Source: Octopus sinensis (Eukaryota). Taken from it: a stretch of DNA of 64,000 bases. The stretch's first letter is position 1, and each line of letters starts with the position of its first letter. Both the position numbers and the translations under genes were made by a program. Of this stretch, positions 53,031-64,000 are shown one piece after another. The notes below the pieces were generated by a model. The model was not told the origin of the DNA. It made no database searches and saw only the letters and a program-made list of their open reading frames with translations. The DNA lies in the NCBI RefSeq assembly GCF_006345805.1, contig NC_042999.1:55180001-55244000 (forward strand), written 5' to 3'.

Positions 53031-53319
53031 CTAGTCTCTATAACATTGTATTTTTGACAAGAAACTGGAACAACGATAACGACAGTGAAACCCCAGGTAA
53101 TTCAATCTTCACAAAACACTTCACTCTACTTTCAGTTTAGAGTCACGCCCTCAGTAAATGCTCAGCCGTGACCCTTAAAAGTGCTTTGTATAATCACATT
53201 ATGTTCAAACATATTCAGCGCAGCATTATTATCAGTTTGAAGTTCTACTCCAGAGTATTCATGAAAAAGAACTCAAAGGATTGTAATATAATGTCAGTAA
53301 CAACGATGATTTCTCCAAT

Positions 53320-53582
53320 TGATCCGATCACTGAAACTGGTTGCTCGTGAAATTAATGTGTAAGCGACAGGCATGAGCACCCTTAAAGTGGTTCTCGGGG
53401 AGGTCCACCTTGACACAGAATGGGACAAGGCTGGCCTTTTGGGTTACAGGTACAATTCACTTTTGCTGGCCGAGTAGACAAGAGCAACGTGAAATAAATT
53501 GTCTTGCTCAAGGACACCACGCGCCGCCGAGAATCGAACTTACGCCCTTGAGTCGAACACCCTAACCACTAATCCACGCGCA
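53320..53582 (-). mobile_element. SINE with CORE-like body and family C tail
   Basis: Homologous to 49055-49340; further copies near 61272-61440 (+) and 63575-63785 (-). Confidence 0.7.
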
Positions 53583-53787
53583 TTCTGGAAAGTACCATAT
53601 AGTGGATGAGAAGATAAAATGAAGGAATGCAACGGTGTTCATCCATTTCTAGCTTTATAAATAAAACAGATTTAATTAATCATGTTAATTACTCTACTCG
53701 TGGTTCAGTAGGAATATATCGTCTCTGAACCAATTAGAGAAGAGTAAATATTCCAAGACATTCTTTTACCATTGTTCTTAAGCTTAA

Positions 53788-54006
53788 CCCTTTAACATTT
53801 AAACCGGTCATATCCGGCCCAAATATTCAACCTGTTTCATGTCCAAACTGGTCCCAACCTCTCAGACTTTCCCTGCAATGTCATTCTAAAAAAACAACAA
53901 TCATAACTTTGAAATAGCAAAGCAACAAGATAATACAGGATTAAATTTTAAAAAATGTGAATAAACAGGTTATTACATTTGACAAAGTAATCTGAGTGCT
54001 AAGAGG
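53788..54006. mobile_element. piggyBac-type MITE
   Basis: TTAA-ccctttaacatt ... agtgctaagagg-TTAA; an isolated right end also at about 44001-44028. Confidence 0.75.
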
Positions 54007-54239
54007 TTAATCCCCGTGATTCCAACTGAATAAAATGAATAAGTGGTTTTCCACGACTGACTAACCTTAAAGTTCGCCTAAAACCGAGTCGGTTTTATGA
54101 ACTCGCTGAAAATATTCTGTTTAAAATATCGGAAAGACTCAACAGACGAGGTCGAAGGGTGGATGGGGTGAAGAAGCAATTATAACAGACTTCTGCGCAG
54201 GTATTAAGTTTAAAAAGTTATACAATTTGCATTGCTAAA

Positions 54240-54655
54240 GGCGCAGGTGTAGCTGTGTGGTAACAACGTTACTTACCAAGCACATAGCTTCTGGTTCAGT
54301 CCCACCACGTGGCACCTTAAGCAAGTGTCTTCCGCAATAGCCTTGGGCCGACCAAAGCCTTGTGAGTGGATATGGTAGACGGAAACTGAAAGAAGCCCAT
54401 CGTATATATATATATATATATATATATTATACACATACACACACACACACACACACGTGTGTGTGTGTTGCTGTTTGACCCCCACCACCGTTTAGGTGTG
54501 TTTAGGTCCCGTAACTTAGCGGTTCGGCAGAAGAGACAGATAAAATAAGCACCAGGCTAAAGAAATACTGGAGTCGATTCATTTGACTAAAAATTCTTCA
54601 AGGCGGTGCCCCAGCATGGCCGCAGTCTATTTTCTGAAAGGAGTAAAAAGAAAAA
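54240..54655 (+). mobile_element. SINE family A, full length
   Basis: Match to consensus. Confidence 0.88.
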
Positions 54656-54889
54656 AAGGCCAAACGAGGCGGAAGTGCATTTGGCGTTCTCACTAGCTGA
54701 TGCTGGGACGATTTTCATCTCCCTCCAGTATATATTTTGTTTTTAGACTCAGCCCGTTTATAAGAGATATCTCCGGAAAAATATTGCAGTAAATTTGCCT
54801 TTCAATGACGCATTTACATTAAGTATGATATATAGATAGCTATTCTAGTCTAATACTGTTTCTGTTGAATGTAAAGGATAAATGGAAGG

Positions 54890-55125
54890 GAGAGCAATAA
54901 GAGTGGATAACCCAAAATTGAGGACCTGGCCAGAGAGACGAAGAGATTGTGGAAGACAAAGGGAATTTGTAATTGAAGCAGTTGATACAATGCCCAAACT
55001 GTTCCGATGAAGTTGAAAGATACCGGAATTGAAACTCGCATTGTCGACCTGCGGAGAATTGTCATCCTGTATTCTGAAAAAATTCCAAGAAAGACTCTTG
55101 TGATTAGAGAAGACTTATTGTTACC
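54890..55125 (+). mobile_element. Very decayed RLE LINE C-terminus
   Basis: EDLARETKRLW resembles the YxxLAxExKxLW block of 19832-20408. Confidence 0.5.
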
Positions 55126-55146
55126 AAAACATCAGGATAAGTTCTC

Positions 55147-55558
55147 CAGTTGTTTGACCGTTACCAGTTGAGCATGTCCCTTTGTGGCTGACGACATGCG
55201 CATCTCTGATCACAAGCAGAAGTAGTGAGGGAGCATCATAGCCATGTGTTGAGAGGGATTCTTTCGGGTTTGGATAATTCATCTCTGAAAACCTGGGTGT
55301 TTCGTTCAACATCCTTGAACAACCCTTATTCAGAGAGCATTTGAGCGGGATGGGCTACTCAACCTGAAGAAAATTCTGACTGGACCCCACCTGCAAAGTC
55401 ATGCGCTGTTTATCTTGATATGAGATCACCATGTCGCGCACATACGGTTGTGATGCATGTGCCTGGTGTACCCTTATCAGACGGGTAGTCATAATGGGAA
55501 TACTGGGATTCGTATATTTTACCCCAGTACTACTTTGATGGCATGCACTGCTCTCTCA
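55147..55558 (+). mobile_element. Element D, copy 3, truncated on the left
   Basis: Lacks the first ~140 bp, keeps the right end, followed by (AAGAAC)n(AAC)n(AAT)n. Confidence 0.8.
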
Positions 55559-55629
55559 AACAAGAACAAGAACAAGAACAAGAACAACAACAACAACAAC
55601 AACAACAACAATAATAATAATAAACCGTT

Positions 55630-55906
55630 TTATTATTGAGAAAAGGTCTGAAAAACTGGGTGGAGGGCGACTAGTCGACTACATCAACCCCCTAAAAGAC
55701 GAAAGGCAAAGTCAACCTCGGCAGAATTTGAACTCAGAACATAAGGATGGATGAAATACTGCTAAGCATTTCAAATTATGCCGAGGTCGACATTACCTTT
55801 CATCCTTTCGGGGTCGATAAGTTAAGTACCAGTAGAACACTGAGGTCGATGTAATCGATTAGTCTCCTCCCCGCAAATTTCAGACCTTGTGCCACTAGAA
55901 GAAAGG

Positions 55907-55940
<34 letters not shown>

Positions 55941-56130
55941 ATGATGATTGTGATAGTTTCAAATTTTGAACACAAGGCGAACAATTTTAGGGAAGGGACT
56001 AAGTCGACAGCATCCAACACCCCTTGTACTTAACTGGTATTTATTTTACCGACCCCGAAAGCATGAAAGCGCTGCGAAGAGATGCTCATAAGCGTTTTTG
56101 TCCGGCACGGTAACTTTTCCGTCAGCTATT
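55630..56130. mobile_element. SINE B cluster including an inverted pair
   Basis: 55630-55770 (-), 55771-55908 (+), 55955-56130 (-). Confidence 0.75.
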
Positions 56131-56587
56131 CCCTGAAATTCTCTGAAATCCTAGTGTAACGATGGAAAGCTCCAAACGAAATTACTATATTCCACCAAAG
56201 GAGGAAGTAAACGGGAACGTGACGAGTACCCTGTGACTTAATGGTAGTTCCGTCCGCAATAACATCTTACATCTCCACCCTCCACCTTCTCCGAAAACGA
56301 CCCCATCCATGAACAGTTGGTACTTAGCTGAAGCTTAATGAAACTGGATACTGAGAACATTCTATGAAACCTACCCTACTTTGAAGCTAATTCTTTAGCT
56401 GCGGTAACTAATCTGTGTAGGTTACACTTGACTCCTCAGCAGCAGTAGCACCAGCCTCAGTTTTATCGACCAGCTGAAATAATATAAGAATGTTAAATAA
56501 AACAGAATCGAAAGTCGAACCACTTACAAGACCTTCAGTAACAGATCTCTGTTGCTAGTCTATATATATGTATATAGGTAGAGTGAA

Positions 56588-57358
56588 TGAGACAAACGGG
56601 CGCAGCGGTTTGGACGCCGATGGTTTAACACGGCTGAATGGACGCTCAGCCTGTTTTGGCAAAAGTGGTTTTTAGCGCTAGAGAGAAAAAAACAAACAAA
56701 AACACAAACTCGCAGACACACACATATATATATATATACACACACACACATACACATACATACAAACATATATATAGTTTTTAAATGACCTGCTTCGAGA
56801 AATGGTTTCGGTACGACGTGTTTATTTTAGTAGTTTTGACTTAGAGTCCCTCCTAGCGTGAGGCATCTATGTGTAAGAGTGCCCTCTATATAATATAAAT
56901 AAATAAATTTAAAAGAAAAAAATTGATGGGTTTTTTTCTCTTATGAGGTTTTTCACGCTAACTACTTGATAAATTCTTATGAAGATTTTATCCTATCTTT
57001 AAATTATATATATATATATATGTAAATGTAAAAAAATACAAACTGGGACAAGAACGTGAAACATTTAGAAGACGATACAAAAAACACGAACGGGACATTC
57101 GAAGCCTTCAATCTTCAGTCAAGAACCGGATCATCTTCACAATTTCGGCTGATTAATCTATATATATATATATAGTGAGGGAGAGACATAATTTATTATG
57201 AACACAATTATCATAAACGATTTCCTTCTCCTCACACACATAAAGAGAAATATGCATAAAGAAAAAGAGAGAGGAGGTAGAGAAACATTAAAACGTCTTA
57301 TGTCAAATAGATCAGCGTTAAATGAGCGGCGCCAAAACAGCTGTGCCAAAACGTCTCA
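56588..57358. mobile_element. Degenerate TIR element hosting nested TA-associated fragments
   Basis: Left tgagacaaacgggcgcagcggtttggacgccgatggtttaac versus right (reverse complement) tgagacgttttggcacagctgttttggcgccgctcatttaac. Confidence 0.55.
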
Positions 57359-59562
57359 GAGCTATAGAGACATAGCCAAATGGTTAAGAAATTCGGTCTG
57401 TAATCGCAAGGTCACGATTTCGAATCCAGTGAGTGGTATTCTCTATTAATGTTACAAGGTCAGAGAAATTATGTGCAACCACCCATAGCACCAATCAGTG
57501 ACCAATACGAATAGGAGGTGTTACAATATGTATGATACATCCTTGGCAAACACTGACCAACATCTTCGAACCAGCTACTGCCCTCTTCTTCAAACGTGAC
57601 ATCCTGATTTTCAGGTTTAGATATATCTGGTGAATAACTGCGACAAATTTAGCCAGTTATGTCCTCTCCTAACATGACGTTCTACAACGATGACACGTTT
57701 CTAATATCAAATATGTAGTCCCTATTTTAAAACGGTAGAGAATTCAAAAGATTTGGTTACTATGCTACAGGGTACAAGAGAAAGTAACATCCCATGATCA
57801 ATACGGCTATTGGTGTGGCGCTAGTGAAGTTAGGTGGCGATAATGTCTTCATGTCGCTAATATCTTACAATTTGTTTTTCAGTTTCAATCATGCTTCGAA
57901 GAAGCACTCACCATGTCAAAATGCATGCTAACCTGTAAAACGTAAGAGGGTCTTTGCCGCACCCTGCGCAAACTTCGAATATGGCATCTCACTATTAAAG
58001 CATTTGCCCTTTATTTAGGGAATTCTTTACAGGATTTTCTAATCTAAAATGTCACTTTAGTATTCTGTGTAAATTGTTATAAAATGTCTGGAATTAGTTT
58101 GATTAATAATACAAGGTGCAACAGAGAAGCCTCTTGTATTTTATTCGGCTTTTGGTTTGGCACTTGTAAAGTTAGGCAGATAGTAATGATGTCTACATGT
58201 AGCAAATGCGTCGCCGTTTTCTTCTCGGTTACCATCGTCACTTGGACAAAGCACACTGTGTATTTATTAATGAAAAGTTTATCAAGAATGCTGAATATCT
58301 GAGGTATTTTGCCGCACCATTGAATGGATGGCGTAAGTAAATATAAGTTTCTTAGTTGATCGGAAAAAGGGGGATAATATACGCAATTTGGGTATGTTAC
58401 AGTTCCAAACTAAATTAGATTAGGTGCTGGTTTTCATGTCTCCGGAACCAGGAATGCCAGGAAGGTATAGGGGTTCGATTCCGAATCAATAGGGTCGTTC
58501 CCATTTAAATCAAATAGCGCGGCCTTTTAGACAGCTATATTCTAGCACAGTCCCAAGATGACTCCAAATACTTGTGAAAATAAGTGGATTTGAAACTATG
58601 TGAAAGCGCGTTCGTTCAACAGTACTTGTCTCATAAAACATGTCCCGAGCCTGAACCTCTTATTGGCCTCCAAGTACCGTTTAACACCATTAACTTAGGT
58701 ATCTTTAGCTGAATCTGATTCTTTGTGATAAACGGGGTCTTATTACACAGAATTGAAGAAGGGAAAGGAAAATAATCTGCTTTAATCCATCGTATAACCT
58801 AAAGTCACGAAGAATATTGGAACGAGTTTCCAAATAATAATTACTCACAGCATCACTTCCTACCAACAAACAAATACCACAAGTTCTTTAACTCACATAA
58901 TATCAAGGTCAGTAATTCTTGCATAGGCAGCATAATTTCCCAAAACACTAGCTGTGAGGTTAAATCAGTAGCTGTGGTATCTCCATTCTGTTTTTCTCAC
59001 TGACCTTCTGATGCCTTGGAAAAGGTCATGGACATTGCCAGTACTCCTCTGATTCACCCATAAAGAATTTATACCAGTAAGACTTCCGGGTAAATCAATT
59101 AAACTGATATCTACGCTCTAACATCGACCTCAAAATGCAACCGAAATAAATTACCAAGAAAGTTTATTCCCCAACGACTTTTACAAAACTCAAGACAATG
59201 TTGAGGTGATGGACAAAATTCTTAAAGGGCTGACATCTCTATAAAATAAAAATATAATAAAAAGTTCACAAAATAAGAACAACAACAATAAACAGCTACA
59301 ACAACAATAACACGTGGTTGTCAGTGACATAGTGTCAGTATAAGGCCATTGAATAGCTGTCAGTATGGAACTGTGTATTTGTATGTGACACAAAGCGGAA
59401 TCCTCACACACACACACACATATATATAGGTATACATATGATATGTATATCGTATCGCATAGAATTGTGTATATGCATGCATATATTATGTATCTATATA
59501 TGTATACGTGTGTGTGTGTATATATATGTGTATATATGCATATACATACATGTATGTATTAA

Positions 59563-59598
<36 letters not shown>

Positions 59599-59610
59599 AT
59601 GTATATAAGA

Positions 59611-59698
<88 letters not shown>

Positions 59699-60557
59699 AC
59701 GTATTAATACGTACACAGAGACACATGCAGAATACAAGAGAACTGGAACATATTACAGTCGCTTTGTAAGCTAACAGCACCAACAGTAAGAAGAAGAAGA
59801 AAAGAAGAAGAAGAAGAAGAAGAAGAAGAAGAAAAGAAGAAGAAGAAGAAGAAGAAGAAGAGTGAACCACAACACCAGCCATAAGAACACTTTGGCCCAC
59901 TTCATATTACCTCGTTGGCTATATTTATGGAATAACAAACACCAATGTGCGTGGAGGGGAGTGAGGGCTGTGGCGGGAGGGGCAAATGGCTGAGGATGGT
60001 GGCGGTAGCGGTGGTGGTGGTGGTGGCGAGGAACGAATGTTTAGAAACCACAGCTTTTTGAAAAGAACTGCTTTGAACGGGAGAGTAAGAAAAGAAAGAA
60101 AGAGAGAGAATTGGAATGGTGGTGGTAGTAGTGGAAGTAGTAGTAGTAGTAGTAGCGGCTGGGTGTCGGTGGGGGTGTACTTGTGACGCCATAAGTGACA
60201 GCTTAGGGTGTGTGTTCGGGTGGGAAGCCCTGCTGGGAACAAAATTAGCAACTATTGGACAACAATGGAATGTAAAAACCACAACAACCCACAGCCACAA
60301 CCATCACCACCACCACCACCACCACCACCACCGTCACCACAGCTAGCATGCTAGCAAGAGGTATTATTAGGGGTGTTTGCAATACAGCGAGTCACACCCT
60401 CGCATAAGTGCGCCGAGAAGCTCGGACATATGCACTTTGAATAACAACACATTCTGCTATTTCCTTCCAACGATATCAGGACAGAGAAACCAGAGAAGAC
60501 ACTGCTGGATCTTGATAAGATAAGAAGTTCTTGTACAGTAGTAGCAAGGGCTCACAA

Positions 60558-60591
<34 letters not shown>

Positions 60592-60694
60592 ATCTATCTA
60601 TCTATCTATCTATCTATCTCTATCTATCTACCTGTATGTCTATCTGTCTGTCTGTCTATCTGTCTGTCTATCTATCTATCTATCTATCTATCTG

Positions 60695-60732
<38 letters not shown>

Positions 60733-60737
60733 CATCC

Positions 60738-60773
<36 letters not shown>

Positions 60774-60784
60774 CTCTATCTACG

Positions 60785-60842
<58 letters not shown>

Positions 60843-60859
60843 CCTGTCTACGTATCCAT

Positions 60860-60894
<35 letters not shown>

Positions 60895-60896
60895 CG

Positions 60897-60974
<78 letters not shown>

Positions 60975-60990
60975 CGTATCCATTTATCTA

Positions 60991-61058
<68 letters not shown>
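60558..61058 (+). repeat. ~500-bp (TCTA)n microsatellite
   Basis: Direct reading; explains ORF 60531..61220. Confidence 0.97.
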
Positions 61059-61059
<1 letters not shown>

Positions 61060-61591
61060 GTTTACGAGTCTATATTTATAAATCTTTCGCTTTCACTCTC
61101 GATATACATGATATTAATAATAGACGCACAAAATTCATTTTTTTTCCTTGTTTCATGAACGAAACTTCTATCAGTTTTCACCATCTAAAGAGGTTTCGCC
61201 TGGACATTGGACCCCAGTAATTACATCGAAGACAGGCGCTTATTCTAACGAACTTTTTTTGTGATGGGGATAAAGGCACGTGACCTAGTGGTTTGGATAA
61301 TCAGCTCCCTCCCACCCGAAGATCGTTATTCGGTTTCTGGCGGCGCGTTGTGCGAGGCACTTTAGTTCACGTTACTCCAATCCAGTCAGTTTGCAAAAAT
61401 GAGTTGTACCTGTCATTCAAAGGGGGCCGCCTAGTTGGGATGCAATCATTGTTATCATCATCATTATCATCGATTTAATGTCCACTTTTTCATACTTGCA
61501 TGTATAGGACGGAGTTTACTGTGGCAGATTTTCTGTGGTTGGATGCCTTTCCTTTCGCCAGCCTCCACGTGTTTCCCATGACCAGAGTGGT

Positions 61592-62019
61592 AGACAGACG
61601 AAATATCTATTTCTTTACTACCCACAAGGGGCTAAACACAGAGGGGACAAACAAGGACAGACAAACGGATTAAGTCGATTACATCGACCCCAGTGCGTAA
61701 CTGGTACTTAATTTATCGACCCCGAAAGGATGAAAGGCAAAGTCGACCTCGACGGAATTTGAACCCAGGACGTAAAGACAGACGAAATACCTATTTATTT
61801 ACTACCCACAAGGGGCTAAACACAGGGGACAAACAAGGACAGACAAACGGATTAAGTCGATTACATCGACCCCAGTGCGTAACTGGCACTTAATTTGTCG
61901 ACCCCGAAAGTATGAAAGGCGAAGTCGACCTCGGCGGAATTTGAACTCAGAACGTAACGGCAGACGAAATACTACGCATTTCGCCCGGCGTGCTAACGAT
62001 TCTGCCAGCTCGTCGCCTT
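61592..62019 (-). mobile_element. SINE B tandem array (2 units plus a stub)
   Basis: Junctions near 61606 and 61790. Confidence 0.9.
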
Positions 62020-62020
62020 C

Positions 62021-62424
62021 AACAACCAAAGAAAAGAAATTGGAAGGGTTTCAAAATAAATGTTACCGAAAAATGTTGAAGGTCTACTGGTCGAATATGA
62101 TGTCGGATAGCCAACTACACACCAAGGCTAACATGAAACCAATAAGAGAAACTATTGAAGCAAGGAGATGGAAATAGCTGGGTCGAGTTTGCCGCTATAA
62201 ACCGAACTGAATTGTTACAATGGGATCCACAAGGTAAAAGAAGACATGGCCAACCAAAGGAAACATAGTGGAGAACAATAACAAAAGATCTTAAAAGCAG
62301 AAGGGTTAACAATGGAATAAGCTGTCAAGGATGCGTTCAGTGTTTGAAGGTGGAATGATTTTGCTGTCGCCTCAAGTGCCACAAAGCACAATGAGAACCG
62401 AATGAATGAATGAATGAATGAATG
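62021..62424 (+). mobile_element. RTE-clade LINE 3' end with (ATGA)n tail
   Basis: KKLEGFQNKCYRKMLKVYW..IEARRWK*LG..LQWDPQGKRRHGQPKET. Confidence 0.85.
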
Positions 62425-62959
62425 GATAATAGTTTTTAGTTTTGTCGTTCAGGACTAAAAAGATAAATGCAGCTGTACTATTATGGTGGTGATTGGATTT
62501 AAGTGTTGTTGGAGTAAGCTACGTTCTCCTGTCTTTGTCGAAGAATGGTTTTGACGGTTCCAGTTGGTGGCGAGTGTGCAGTGTACGGTTAGCACGAGGT
62601 GTTTAGGGATGTACGTCCGAGTACGGAAAATTAAAAGAGAATTGTGTAGGGTAGCTCCATGGTATCGTCTCGAGAGTAAGCTGGAAATAGCAGCCAGCAG
62701 ACTTTTGTACGTTGCGATAGAAGAAGACAAGGAGAAAGATAATCGAACCTTGGGGGAGGATACACCCGAATAGACGGGACACGTATCAGTGATTTTTCAA
62801 GATATTTTGCAATGGCATGAAAAATGAGAACCAAATTCTGAGCCAATAGATGAGAGACAGATGTAGGCCATAAGCTAACAAATTAGCTGAGAGAGTCTCA
62901 TGTCAGATACGGTTGAAGGTTTTTACTGTTGGCTTCACTAAAGATCTAAAGAGCAAGAA

Positions 62960-63440
62960 ACTAGTGATGTTTGTCCAGCTGTGCTTGGAGTAGATCTTTT
63001 ATCGAAGCAAATGCCTTCCACCCTGCCTTTACCCTGCGCAAGATTTCAGCGTCCATGTCTTGGCATATATTTACTGTCTGCCCCCAAGTACGCGTACATC
63101 TTTTTACCTCCTCAGTTTCATCACTTCCCCACCATTATTCGGCTTTGTATTACGTTTTCAAATCGTATGTTTTTTTTTGTTCGCGTGGCATATTTTGAGG
63201 CCTACAGCCAAACTCTGGGTGCCAATATCAGCATTGTCTGCTGCTAACTTGCGATGAGCACGATGTTGCCTGCAAATCAGAAGTGTGTAAATACCATACC
63301 GTTGACAACGTGCTTCCAATCGGTGTCTCTTACGACCAGAGAGATAGTATCTCCTTGTTTGACATCCTCCCCAATTGGAAATCTTACAGCTGGAGATAGT
63401 AAAGCTATATCTGTGCCCATTCCGAAGTCATCTTGCAGAG
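62960..63440 (-). mobile_element. Decayed RTE-type reverse transcriptase segment
   Basis: Minus strand: DVKQGDTIS, FAGNIVL (FADD box), YLG, AEILRRVKAGWKAF. Confidence 0.75.
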
Positions 63441-64000
63441 AAGTTTGATATATCGTGCCTCAGCTCCTAATATTTCCAGAGACCATAGCACCACATTCAT
63501 TATACATTCCCTTATTGATTTAATTTGGTTACCGATTTAGGTAATTGAATCAAAACCAAACACTGGTGGCTTCTAGCTGATTCGATCAACGGAACAGCCT
63601 GCCCGGGAAATTAACATGCAAATGGCTGGGTATTCCACAGACACGCGTACCCTTAACGTTGGGTACCCTTTGAATTACAGACACATCTCATTTTTGCCAG
63701 CTGAGTGGGTTGGGGCAATGTGAAATAAAGTGTCGAACTTAAACACCCAAAGCGTCCCTAGGAATGGAACTCCCTACCTTACGATTACACTTTCATCAAA
63801 TTTCTTGGTGTTTGTATTGCATCATGAAATTGATACTAATTTTGATACTTAATACTAATTAATTGATACTAATTAATACTAATATTATCTTAAAATATTA
63901 GTTTTAACTTTTGGCAAAAGGCCATTGATTTCCGGTGGCAAGTAAATCAATTACCCAGACCCCAGTATTTAACTGGTACTTATATTAATTAAACAGGGTT

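Noticed and set aside
57368-57445. tRNA-like sequence (also all SINE heads)
   Set aside because: Only A/B-box-like motifs; no convincing acceptor stem; best read as a decayed SINE head
57950-59120. Possible old CR1-type LINE on the minus strand
   Set aside because: Only faint motif echoes; not supportable without a profile search

Overview
Eukaryotic, AT-rich, repeat-dominated DNA with no recognisable intact host protein-coding gene, most likely intronic or intergenic. The repeat families and dense (TA)n, (TCTA)n, (AAT)n and (CA)n tracts suggest an octopus genome (inference from memory, no search run). Most long ORFs in the track are microsatellite artefacts. Content: dozens of tRNA-derived SINE copies (labelled here A, B, C, E); head-to-tail SINE-B arrays sharing one junction; a ~555-bp (AAT)n-bounded non-coding element (D); fragments of R4/Dong-type (RLE), RTE and CR1/L2-type LINEs, one RTE with three C2H2 fingers; two decayed mariners; Tc1, hAT, piggyBac and other MITEs; and many TA-embedded Penelope-like terminal fragments carrying minimal type I hammerhead ribozyme motifs and fold-back inversions. 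A few unique islands look regulatory. Coordinates were read by eye; degenerate repeat edges are approximate.
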